A stretch of DNA of 64,000 bases, taken from NCBI GenBank assembly GCA_965287045.1, contig OZ336905.1, forward strand, positions 12,834,001 through 12,898,000, in the 5' to 3' direction. The DNA is from Carcharhinus amblyrhynchos. Its lineage: Eukaryota. Positions 50,867 to 61,320 of the stretch are shown piece by piece; position 1 is the first letter of the stretch, and every line of letters starts with the position of its first letter. Below the pieces are notes generated by a model. That model was not told the DNA's origin. It ran no database searches and was given only the letters and a program-made list of their open reading frames with translations. The position numbers were made by a program, and so were the translations under genes.

Positions 50867-51770
50867 CTGAAAAACAAAAAATTTTTCGTATCAAACATAA
50901 TTTCAATGCTTGGCACTTTACAAGCAGTCCTGCAGCGCACTGAAAGCAATTAATCAGTTGTATAACTTTTAAAGGACTTGGAATAGCAGCTACTGGAAGC
51001 TGGATGAGAAGAGCACTTCTCATATCCAGGATTCAGTACTTGCCAATGATTTGCAAACACTCACTGCTGTAGCTCTGCTTTGCCAATTGGTGGAATGGCT
51101 GTTAGATAGGATTATCTTATATGTTCAACTGTAGTCAAGCAGACTGTAGCAATGCACATGCTTCGGTCAGTTGTGTTTCCCATCATACCACTCATGAGGA
51201 ACTCCTGATACTGTGATGCACCCAGCAAAGGCTGAACATCTACAATGTACTGATTAACTTGTCACTATCCACCTGGAGAAAGGGGGTTGAGGAGAACAGT
51301 CTACTTGGGGCCGATGTGGCTCCAAGATAACAACGCCGGGGAAGGAAAAACCAACCTAATGCTTTGTTACATATTCTAATCCAGGATGGTATCGCTGACT
51401 ATCTAGGCAACTGCTCTCATTTTTGGAACTCGGAGGGGTAGACCAGTTATTTGGATTTTTCTCCATTCAGCTCAAACCAACCTACAAAGCCAGTGCTACT
51501 AAAGGTAATGTGCCATTAGGGAAACAAGCAGCAGGAAATGATCAGTATACTAAGCTAGCAGATTGCATCTTTTAGTTAGTTAGTTTCCAATCGTACTTCT
51601 GCACACACTTGGTGAAGATGCCTCATAGCTCTTGCAAACCAGCACCTAAGGTCTTAATTTTAATTTAAATTAAAACCATCTACCGTGGTGGAATTTGAGC
51701 CAGTGACCTCAGAGTATCACCCTAAGTTTGAGGTTTATCAGTTCAGTTCATATTTCTAGGCCACAGGAGG

Positions 51771-51887
51771 AAGCCAGTCGAATGCACCTGGTATTCCCAG
51801 CTGTCTCCCATCCAAGTACTAACCAGTCTGCTTAGCTTCCGGGATTAGACAAGATCAGGCATTTTGCAGACTAGCATGGCTATAGGC
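51771..51887 (-). pseudogene. 5S rRNA pseudogene (degenerate, near full length)
   Basis: Plus strand gcacctggtattcccag..tctcccatccaagtactaaccag..ctgcttagcttcc..gat.agac.agatc.ggc..atggctataggc matches the reverse complement of vertebrate 5S rRNA, with substitutions and small deletions. Confidence 0.88.
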
Positions 51888-51942
51888 TACAACAACGTTT
51901 CTGCAAGGTGTTCAGACATTTATTATAGAACTAAACCTGCCT

Positions 51943-52168
51943 TACATCAGATGGGACTCGAACCTGTAATCATAGAATCTTACCGTGCAGGAGGCCATTA
52001 GACCCATTGAGTTTGCACCAACCATAATCCCATCCAGGCCCTATCCCCATAACCCCATGCATTTACCCTAGCTAGTCTCCCTGACACTAAGGGGTAATTT
52101 TAGCATGGCCAATCCACCTAAATGCCTGGCTCCGGAGGCTAGTGTCTTATCCATTAGGCCACTGAGGT
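51943..52168 (-). pseudogene. tRNA-Arg(CCG) pseudogene split by an HE1 SINE fragment
   Basis: 5' half (52168-52125) CCTCAGTGGCCTAATGGATAAGACACTAGCCT-CCG-GAGCCAGG and 3' half (51971-51943) GATTACAGGTTCGAGTCCCATCTGATGTA join into a vertebrate tRNA-Arg-like sequence. The anticodon and acceptor stems contain mismatches. Confidence 0.8.
51970..52123 (-). mobile_element. HE1-type SINE 3' fragment inserted in the tRNA-Arg pseudogene
   Basis: catagaatc tail plus ctgacactaagggg...tagcatggccaatccaccta, as in the other HE1 copies. Confidence 0.8.
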
Positions 52169-52824
52169 TGTTAATTTATAAGCAAGTACAGTCTTGTTAA
52201 TGGCATGTTAACCACATTAGGATATACAGGTGAAGGACAAGTGCCTAGAGCACTTATGAATGTGCCCTTTTAAGAGGCCATCAATTTAATTTAACTTAAT
52301 TTAATTGATCAGTCCACTTTATTTTACTGGTCACTCAAGGGAGTATAACAAAACACTGCTAGGATACAGGTAGTTGGGGGACAGCATGGATGTGTAATAC
52401 AGCATTCTGTAAATAAAGTGATCAAGTACTTCATACTTCACTAACTAGCTTGGGATCAATTTAAGAGATCTGTCTTTTTGGGGTGGTGTGTCCACTCTGC
52501 ATTGGACAAATTCAACCAGCATGATTTTGCAATAGCTTAGTTTAAGAGACTCCAAAATAGCAATACATTTTTACGACACACCCAGAAGGTTGAAAAAACA
52601 TTTCAGTAACAATAGTAAGGTGGCTTTGTAAATCAGATAGTAAATTTGTTTCCATTGATCCAACTGGAGTTTTCAAGAGCCCTTTCTGGCAGCACATATA
52701 GGGACTAAGATGAGGGTTGGGAGGAGGGGAGAAACTGATAAAATGGACCAATTAATAACTTGAAATCTTTGAAAACAGCCAATGCACTTGTATTTGAACC
52801 CAAAAAAAATTGCAAAGAGTTTAC

Positions 52825-52927
52825 CTGTTTTCCAGAAATGGTGACTGACAAACATTGGGAAATGACTCGCTAGCTGTGCCAGAAGGCTGTACCATAGGGC
52901 CACCAATAGCAACTGCCATTGTCCCTC
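52825..52927 (-). CDS. KMT2D: KMT2D coding exon (approx. human exon 27), 103 nt, phase 1-2
   Basis: ccctttggttctgtag| ... |gtaaac. Reads GGTMAVAIGGPMVQPSGTASESFPNVCQSPFLENR, matching human ...DSYPGLCQSPFLDSR. Not shown in this frame by the ORF track; its phases bridge the neighbouring exons exactly. Confidence 0.9.
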
Positions 52928-54679
52928 CTACAGAACCAAAGGGAAGGAAACAAAAACAAACTTCAATATAAAGATGCACAAGACAATCAGAAAATAAGTG
53001 GCAAATGTCTCTATTAAAATGCAGATTGCATGACCAACTGTTAACATTTTACTTTCATTAATTAACCTATTATAAACAAACCCTGAAGCAGCAGCTTCTG
53101 TTACCCACGGCAAGCTAGGATTATTTCCCTCCAGGTCACAGTCCATCCTGCATGTGAAACAGATTTAACCAGTTTTGTTTAAATTCTATCAACTTCTTCC
53201 AGAATTCTAGTAACAACAGGAAGAATTATTTCCTTTATTTACAGTCAATTTGCCATTCTTTTAAACACTTCAATCAGATCATTCCTTAAGCTCTGCATCT
53301 CCAAATGATTTAACCCATGTTTGCTCAGTCCCATAATTACTTATCCTGGTGAATTTCCACTTTTCCAAAGCCAGCACATTCATCCAAAGGTGGGTCTCCC
53401 AACACAGAAATCAATATTCTCAGTAAGGTCTAATTGGAGCTCTACGTAACTGCACCAATACTTCCTTGCTCATATATCCTCTGCTTTCTCAATAGTCTTT
53501 TCAAAACTCTTTTTTGCATAAGCTTCTTTTTGTGTAACATAATCCCAAAAAATCAGTTATGTTTGCCTACCTTTTCCTTCCACATTTAGACCTTACTCCA
53601 ATGCTCCATTCTGGCATCCCAAATGTACCACCTCATACTTTTTTAAATTACATCTGCCATTGTTATGCACATATGGTTCATCTACATAATTTTGTAATGT
53701 TTTATTTGCTCCTTTACGTGACTGTTGACTATGCCACCTAATGTAGTAGCATAAGGTAAAGCCTGATGGTTGTGCAGCACAAAGGACAGTAGTGCAGGAG
53801 TCAAGAGATTGAAACCAGTGCCAAAGAATAGTTAGGAATGGGGAGCAACCTGGAGAGAACTGAAAGGTGTGCGCATCGGGAGGGGATTAGGTGCCTCCAA
53901 TGGGGGCAACATTATATCCTGAAGTCCAGGAACAGAGCCAAGAGGTAGCATAGTAGTGGGTAAGGAAAAGCAACAGTGGGAAAATGCCATTCCAGAGGAG
54001 GAAGGGTTGCCCAATGGTGCTGCTTCTCACTTGCTGCAGAAGTCATTTTCAACGGGGTACAGATGAATGCAACATATATGTGGCAGTGCCATTAAGGTGT
54101 TGCCAACACACCTCTTAGTAGGGCTAGGAGGAGGAGGAAGCTATTTTTGTTTTATATTTTAAGCTTCCAGTTTGCCTGTCCACCTTTGACAATAACCACT
54201 CTACTAGATTCTGGACTTCATACTTGTGGGAATCAGTCCACAAAAATAAGAGTCATCCGTACCATACTAGCTAAAGTGACTGGCGCTGATAAGTTCAAAG
54301 CAATCTCCCCCCCTCCCCCCCCCAATACTTCACTTCTTCTAATTTTAGGTTTTCTTTCACTCATTTCAATATTTCCCCACTCTCCTCTTTCATATTCTGG
54401 TAGATGAGAAAGCACTTATGCAGACAAAACAGGAGGCACTGTCGGTCCATTAACAGCATTTTATATTTAAAGAGCACATTTAACAAAATAGGATGCTCCA
54501 AGGCATTTCACAGGAGTGTTAAAAAACAAATTTGATGCAAAGCCGCACGGGAGAGGTGCAGAGGGGGAATTCCAAAGCTTAGGGCCTAGTAACTGAAAAC
54601 ACAGTCACCAATGGTAAAGTGCTTAAAATCAGGGCTATTCAAAAGACCCGATCAGATGAGCAGATATCTGAAGGCTGTA

Positions 54680-54900
54680 GGCAAGTTTAGTGACAATAGA
54701 AATACTGTTTTTACCAAAAGGAAAGCATTCAAGGCATTTCATAGAGGTGTCATCAGCCAAACATGGACACTATGTCAAGGAGGAAGTACTAGGAAAGGCA
54801 AGTCAAAGATGTTGTTTTAAGCAAGGCCTTAAAGGGAAAAGGGAGGTGGAAAGGCAAAAGTGTTTAGTGAGGGAATCAAATTTCACTTTCAATGTTAAAA
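54680..54900 (+). repeat. Local direct duplication; second copy at approx. 56935-57156
   Basis: ggcaagtttagtgacaatagaaatactgtttttaccaaaaggaaa...gggaatcaa.tttcactttca.tgttaaa occurs in both, colinear over about 220 bp. Confidence 0.9.
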
Positions 54901-55549
54901 AGAGGATTGTAGAGATGTGAAGGGACAAGGTCACAGAGGGGTATAATGAGAATAAAATTATAAAATCAAGATGTTGCTTAACCAGAATTCAATGCAAGTC
55001 AGCAAGCACAGGGGTGATAGGGGAATGGGACTTGATGTAAGTTAAGACATGGAAAAGAGAGTTTTAAAATGCAGAAGAACTATCAAGGCTGGCAAAGGAC
55101 CATACAGTAAAACTCTGCAACCTGGCTCAGCATGCCCAAATGCCCCCTCAGTTTGGCACACCCATAGGCATCCAACTGCAGCAAAACCACAATATCCCAA
55201 CCCAAGTCCTTCCCAATCTATAGTATTCTATTTGGTTATAGCTGTGCCTGGCACACTTTCACTGCATTGCTAACTTTAATTGTGAAGACAATTTGAGGAC
55301 AGGTGGATCACAAGCACTTTTGGCAGGGAAGGGCAGGGTCAGGCTAAGGTTCAGAGAACATCCTAATTGGTGGGGGCTTGCCACAATTAACAAGAATGGC
55401 AAATAAAGTCAAGCCATATTACAGGGGAACAAAAAGGGCAGCAAAGCCCAAGCCAATAATTCAAGTTCCAGCCATGTACTTTTTTTGAATGACCTGATGC
55501 AACTTGCTAGACACGAGACTTTATTGTTTAAAAAAAAGTATTTTCTTAC

Positions 55550-55738
55550 CAGGAAGGAGAGATCGCTGGCATATTGAAGGTCTGATAAGTTCTCCCAACC
55601 CATGGGAAGTGAGAAGGTGGCTTTCTGAGGCAGGTCTAATGCCACCCAATGCTGGCTCTGAAAGTGGAGGATTTCCCTGTGTTCCCAGAACGTCAGTGAA
55701 GAGTTGTTGTACGTCTTTACTCTCCATGTGTGCTAGTT
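55550..55738 (-). CDS. KMT2D: KMT2D coding exon (approx. human exon 26), 189 nt, phase 1-1
   Basis: ttttcattcag| ... |gtaaga. Reads ELAHMESKDVQQLFTDVLG..., matching the KMT2D motif ELPKMESKDLQQLFKDVLG. Confidence 0.92.
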
Positions 55739-55814
55739 CTGAATGAAAAAAAAAGATTTTACTTATTGATTAATTAATTAAATAAGTTCTTAACCGTCAA
55801 CATACTGCAAGCAT

Positions 55815-56670
55815 AAGAAACATAATAAATTAACCTGTTCAAACGTTCACTCAGATCACAGCTGATTAGAGAACTAACTCCAAACCCATCTTTGTTCCAT
55901 GTCTCTTAATACCTTTGGATAACACACATTTTAAACACTCAATATTAAAATTTACAATTGATCCAGCAATCATCATTTTCAGGAGAGTTGCAAACTTCAT
56001 GCTTCCTAATTTCACCCAAAGGTCTAGCTTTAAATTTCAGACTATGCATTCTAATCCCAGACTCCCCACAAACAAAAATAGTCTCCCTTAATATTTTGAA
56101 AACTTAGATAAAAATCACCCCTTAAACCTTCTAAATTCTAGGGAACGCAACCATAGTTTGTGTACCATCTCCTCATAATTTAACCCTTGGAGCCCAGGTA
56201 TCATTCTGGTAAATCTATGGTGCATGCTATCCAAGACCAGCATGTCCTTCCTAAGGGTGTGTTAATACTAAATGCGTTTAATTGTACATAGTTAGTGGGC
56301 ATTAACTAGATACATAAAACGGATACAGATTAAATCTGTGCTTTTTGGGTGAGGAGCTATATGTTTGCAATGTGCACGTTTATCATTAAGAATCGAAGCG
56401 CGAAAAGGCTGATTCCAGTTCTATTCTTCACCAATTGGCTTCCTAGAATAGAACAAAAGTGGTCCAACCAAGATTTGTACAACTGTAGCAACTTGTATCC
56501 ACTTGTATTCTAGTTGCATAGTTATGAAGGACAGCACACCATTAAGCCTGTTTGATTATTTTCTGTACCTCACCATGGCATTTTAATCATTTATGCTCCT
56601 GGACCCTCAGATTTCTTGACTTCTACTGTTTCTAGCTTTTCACCATTTCGAAAGCACTTTGTCTATCTTT
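55815..56670 (-). mobile_element. CR1 3' region, decayed
   Basis: cataagaaacata tail and ...ggtatcattctggtaaatctatggtgcatgc (reverse of the ERVQRRFTRMIP-type motif). Confidence 0.7.
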
Positions 56671-56939
56671 GAGTGAAGCAATGGGGAGTTTTCTTAAATG
56701 CCTAAATGAATGTATTTTTTCAGCCATCAACTCTTCATGGATTTTCAAAACTACAGGGCTGTTCAAGTATGACATGGGCATTCACAATCTGCTTTTAGCT
56801 GGCAAGCAAAGAAAAGCAACATTGCAATTCCCTCTCAAATGGTGGAAAATTCCAATTTGGAATACCGCAGCATGCCAGTAGCTTTGACGGAGAAGAGGAG
56901 ACAGCTGGCCAAAAGATTCCTTAAAAATTACAATGGCAA

Positions 56940-58290
56940 GTTTAGTGACAATAGAAATACTGTTTTTACCAAAAGGAAAACATTCAAGGCATTTCATAGA
57001 GGTGTCATCAGGCAAACATGGGCACTATGTCGAGGAGGAAATGCTAAGAAAGGCGAGTCAAAGAGGTGGCTTTAAGCAAGGCCTTAAATGGAAAAGGGAG
57101 ATGGAAAGGCAAAAGTGTTTAATGAGGGAATCAAGTTTCACTTTCAGTGTTAAAGAGATAGGGAGGGGCAAGGCCATGAAAAGATTTAAACACAAGGCCG
57201 AGACAACAGAGACATTGGTGGACCAGAAACCACTGCAGGCCAGCAGGCAAACTTCTGATGGGTAAGAAGTACTTGATATACAGTAGGATTAAGGCAGAGG
57301 TTTTTTTTTGCATGAGCTAAAGTTTACAGAACATGGAGAATTGGGGAAATGCAGGTCAGCCCTGAAACATTTGAGTCTAGGGCTCACAAAAATACAGACA
57401 TGGGATTCAGCAGCAGATACACTGACAGATGTAATGCAGATGGAAGAAGGCAGTTTTTTTTATTTGTGGGAGAATGGGGTTGGTAGGTGAGCTTGGATTG
57501 AATCTGAAGACAAAGTTACAAACACAGTCTGGTTGAGGAAAAGACAGTGACTACAGAAGGGGATGAAATCGGTTACAAGATTATGGTGAGAGCTGAAGGC
57601 AATAGTTTTGGTCGTCCTAATGTTTAACTGGAAGAAAGTGTGGCTCATCTTAGATTGAAGATCAGGCAAGCAAGAAAGTTGAGGAAGATATCAAATGATA
57701 ATACACCACAGTCACAGAGAATGTCATTTGTAACTTTGATTGCTGTTTTTCGTGCTATTACAGGAAAGAAGGGAAGTTAGGGCATGAAGTTGTGCAAAAA
57801 GAATGGCACAGATTTGGGAAGTGATAGCACCGTTTAAAAACTTGAGGGCAGAGGGAGACTGGAGATGGAACAGTAGTTTCCAAAGAAGGGTCAAGAGCAG
57901 GTTTGTTTTTGAAGGGAAGGGTGAGCCTAAGATGAAGAAATGTAACCATCTGTCAGGTGGCATGGAAGCCAGAAAGGCAAACTGAGTGATAAGTGACTGT
58001 GTGGAAAGAGTCGAGGATCAGAAGGTGGATCTCAGACAGTGTGTGCATCTGGACAGGACACAAGGAGAAGACGAGAAAAATTAAAGATGTCAGTTCAGGG
58101 TTGAGTGGGCAAGGAGGAGAAGGGGGGCAGTTGAATGGGTGGACTCAATCTTAAGTGATAAGAAATCCACAAACTCTTTGCACTTGAAGGCAAGGATAAA
58201 GGGGAAGCAGTTTTAGAAGGCAATTGATAGTAGAAAAAACAAGTTGGGATTATGTTTGCTCACCAATATGATCCTGGAGTGAGTGGCATT
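56940..58290 (-). mobile_element. L2-clade LINE, decayed (host site of the Penelope insertion)
   Basis: Minus strand gives LQWFLVHQCLC..LVFKSFHGLAPPYL and FFQLNIRTTKTIAF, typical of the L2 ORF2 C-terminus. Confidence 0.65.
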
Positions 58291-58383
58291 GATGTGGATG
58301 TGCCGGTGTTGGACTGGAGTAAACACAGTAAAAAGTCTGACAACACCAGGTTTTAGTCCAACCGATTTATTTGATAGTAAACG

Positions 58384-58416
58384 CACAAGCTTTCGGGTTA
58401 GTCCCTTCATCAGGTG
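58384..58416 (-). ncRNA. Minimal type-I hammerhead ribozyme motif in inverted pLTR (sense to KMT2D pre-mRNA)
   Basis: Reverse complement reads cac-CTGATGA-agggactaaccc-GAAA-gctt-gtg. Confidence 0.75.
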
Positions 58417-59812
58417 AATGGAGAGTTCTGGCCTCAGACAGAGCATATAAAGCACAGATAGTTTACAGATTACTGATTAGAATACGAATCCTTACACCTA
58501 ACCTGCTGTTCAAGACCTGAAGTGGCTGACAATGTGAGTGGAAGGAGCACTGATCACAGGTTAAAGAGATGCGTATTGTCTCCAGACAGTACAGTGAATG
58601 AGGTTTTGCAAACCCAGGCAAGTGTTGGCAAATCAGTTGCATTCTTGGACACATGCATCTCCATTAAGGACGGTCACCTCAGCACCTCACTGTACCGCAA
58701 GCCCACAGACAATCTCACAATGCTCCACTTCTCCAGCTTTCACCCTAAACATGTTAAAGAAGCCATCCCCTATGGACAAGCCCTCCATATACACAGGATT
58801 TGCTCAGATGAGGAGGATCGTGACAGACACCTCCAAACGCTGAAAGATGCCCTCTTAAGAACAGGATATGGCGCTCGACTCATAGATCGACAGTTCCGAC
58901 GTGCCACAGCGAAAAACCGCACCGATCTCCTCAGAAGACAAACACGGGACACAGTGGACAGAGTACCCTTCGTCGTCCAGTACTTCCCTGGAGCGGAGAA
59001 GCTACGACATCTTCTCCGGAGTCTTCAACATATCATTGATGAAGATGAACATCTCGCCAGGGCCATCCCCACACCCCCACTTCTTGCCTTCAGACAACCA
59101 CACAACCTCAAACAGACCACTGTTCGCAGCAAACTACCCAGTCTTCAGGAGAACAGTGACCAGGACACCACACAACCTTGCCACAGCAACCTCTGCAAGA
59201 CATGCCGGATCATCGACACGGATACCATCATCACACGTGAGAATACCATCCACCAGGTACACGGTAAATACTCTTGCAACTCGGCCAACATTGTCTACCT
59301 GATACGTTGCACGAAAGGATGTCCCGAAGCATGGTACATCGGGGAGACCATGCAGACGCTACGACAACGGATGAATGAACGTCGCTCGACAATCACCAGG
59401 CAAGACTGTTCCCCTTCCTGTTGGCGAACACTTCAGTGGTCACGGGCATTCAACCTGACCTTCGGGTAAGCATTCTCAAAGGCGGCCTTCACGACACACG
59501 ACAGCGCAGAGTCGCTGAGCAGAGACTGATAGCCAAGTTCCACACACATGAGGACAGTCTCAACAAGGATCTTGGGTTCATGTCGCACTATCTGTAACCC
59601 CCAACACTTGCCTGGGTTTGCAAAACCTCACTCACTGTACTGCCTGGAGACAATACACATCTCTTTAACCTGTGATCAGTGCTCCTTCCACTCACATTGT
59701 CGGCCACTTCAAGACTTGAACAGCAGGTTAGGTGTAAAGATTCGCATTCTAATCAGTAGTCTGTAAACTGTCTGTGCTTTATATGCTCTGTCTGAGGCCA
59801 GAACTCTCCATT

Positions 59813-59845
59813 CACCTGATGACGGGACTAACCCGAAAGCTTGTG
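59813..59845 (+). ncRNA. Minimal type-I hammerhead ribozyme motif in Penelope pLTR (right arm)
   Basis: cac-CTGATGA-cgggactaaccc-GAAA-gctt-gtg: conserved core, ggg/ccc stem II, palindromic AAGCTT at stem III, cac/gtg stem I. Confidence 0.75.
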
Positions 59846-60354
59846 CATTTACTATCAAATAAATCGGTTGGACTAAAACCTGGTGTTGTCAGACTTTTTA
59901 CTGTGAGTGGCACTGGCAGAGGAGAGTGAGGCCTGATTCTGTCTAATATGGTCCAGCTAGATCCAGTGAGGGATGGCTAAACAAAATGCATGTAGGGAGA
60001 TGATGACATTGGGGCTACGTCACTAGAGGCCCAGGCTCTGGGGACACGAGTTGAAATTTAATTCGGTTAATAAAATTTCGGAGTTGAAGTGTTGCTGAGA
60101 AGGGAATGATTGAACAAATCGTCACCTTGAAAGTGCAGCAACAGGTGACTTGAGAGAAGATTTTACTTCATAGAGTAACGGAAAGAATACCACAGCATAG
60201 CTATACTCTGATCCGGATGTACATGAAAAATCAAACCATAGATGAGACACACCTCTGTAATCACCCTTAAGAATCAAAGCTTCAGCAAAAACCCAGAAGC
60301 AATCCTCACTATTTCCACTTCATCATTTCTTACACACAATGCTTTTTGACCTAC

Positions 60355-60492
60355 CTTCTGTTACAATCTTGTCAAGATCTGAGCTGAGAGCACCCTCCAC
60401 TGGAACATCGCTGAAAGGCTGATTTCGCTTTGAGCTCTCGTTAGGATGATTAGCTGAAAGCTCATCCGTAACAGATGAGATGTCAATCCCAG
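60355..60492 (-). CDS. KMT2D: KMT2D coding exon (approx. human exon 25), 138 nt, phase 1-1
   Basis: Acceptor ctttctttaag| and donor |gtaggt. Reads GIDISSVTDELSANHPNESSKRNQPFSDVPVEGALSSDLDKIVTE, resembling human KMT2D ...EGMLSSDLDRISTE, and splices in frame to the 55738 exon (G+AA = E). Confidence 0.85.
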
Positions 60493-61081
60493 CTTAAAGA
60501 AAGGAGCATTGTGATAAGTTACCAAACAAAATTTTCAGCAATTGTGACGAGTTGATTTCAATCACACAAAACAGAAGGGAACAGGGGAAGCAATTTTCAG
60601 GTTGCCTGTTCAAACTAAGTCTACATGATTTTCTTTCTCAAAGGAAAAATAGAATTTTTTTAAAATTACCTATTTGCAGGAAATTAGTCAAATGACAAAT
60701 ACGAACCTAAAAAGTCAAACATGACTGGTAGTGGGAACATTGACAACCAACCAAGTAATGTTGACATTCACAACCAAGCAATGATGGATTTCAGTATTCA
60801 ACCCGCTCATCAATTAAATTCAATCACGGATCTGAGTTTTGTTCCTACTCAACTGCAAGATGGAACACAACACAATAGTGAGACATCCTTTGTTTATGGT
60901 TGAGGAAACATAGACTATGCCCACATCATGTTGCAACAAACACTGCTTCCGGTTAGACACACCACGGATATTTGATGGGCTCACTTGCTTTTGATTGTCT
61001 TTTGCAGCCCATAAGGGCACACAATTCACAAATGATAGTTGTTTGTAATCATGAAGGTCATTCTAAGGAGTGAGCTAAAGA

Positions 61082-61320
61082 TCTCCCAATGGCTCAGTTG
61101 GTAAAGGCAACGTGTAACAGCTATGCAGACCAGAGATCCCACAAATCATACATGGCCTCGTAGTTGAGATGTTATAATTGACATCAGTGGCTGCAGACAT
61201 TCCATGCCAATGGAATTTGGTGCTAATGTTGACACGATCATGTTCAAAAATTAATGAAGGTCACTTAGATTAAGTACTGGAGAGCACCAGGCCCCCTTCA
61301 GCTCAGGAGAAAAGTGTCAA
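61082..61320 (+). mobile_element. LF-SINE-like ancient SINE remnant
   Basis: Head cccaatggctcagttggtaaagg...ctatgcagaccagagatccc and 3' part ggtcacttagattaagtactggagagcaccagg resemble my recollection of the LF-SINE consensus. Confidence 0.4.

Larger units (their letters stand above)
58292..59905 (+). mobile_element. Penelope-like retroelement (5'-truncated; RT thumb + GIY-YIG) with inverted pseudo-LTR
   Basis: ORF contains FLD..I...G.L.T..YRKPTD...LH.SS.HP (RT end/thumb), a PCHSNLCKTC knuckle and NIVYLIRC...YIGET (GIY-YIG), with a frameshift near 59410. Inverted arms of 305 bp at 58324-58628 and 59601-59905; flanking direct repeat gtgagtggca(t/c)tg. Confidence 0.92.

Noticed and set aside
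52582-52734. Possible phase 2-2 cassette exon (FSPPPNPHLSPYMCCQKGLLK...) in the phase-2 intron
   Set aside because: Frame-compatible, but the donor is weak (gtgtgt) and there is no recognisable KMT2 homology; it cannot be supported without RNA-seq.
53067-53147. Possible 81-nt exon MDCDLEGNNPSLPWVTEAAASGFVYNR
   Set aside because: It is open only in phase 2, but the intron is phase 1, where it hits a stop. The acceptor is weak, and the 52825-52927 exon already supplies the homologous sequence.
58522-59469. 315-aa ORF as an intact or domesticated gene
   Set aside because: Its N-terminus is read from the inverted pLTR, the RT catalytic core is missing through 5' truncation, and the GIY-YIG end is frameshifted near 59410. 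It is a dead element copy.
1498-60492. Alternative assignment as KMT2C (MLL3)
   Set aside because: The diagnostic peptides (EGEGDGLSYNQRS, STISPVLYANINFPNLK, MESKDVQQLF, QQVSLLAQRL, GREFPEADAEKLK) match KMT2D rather than KMT2C.
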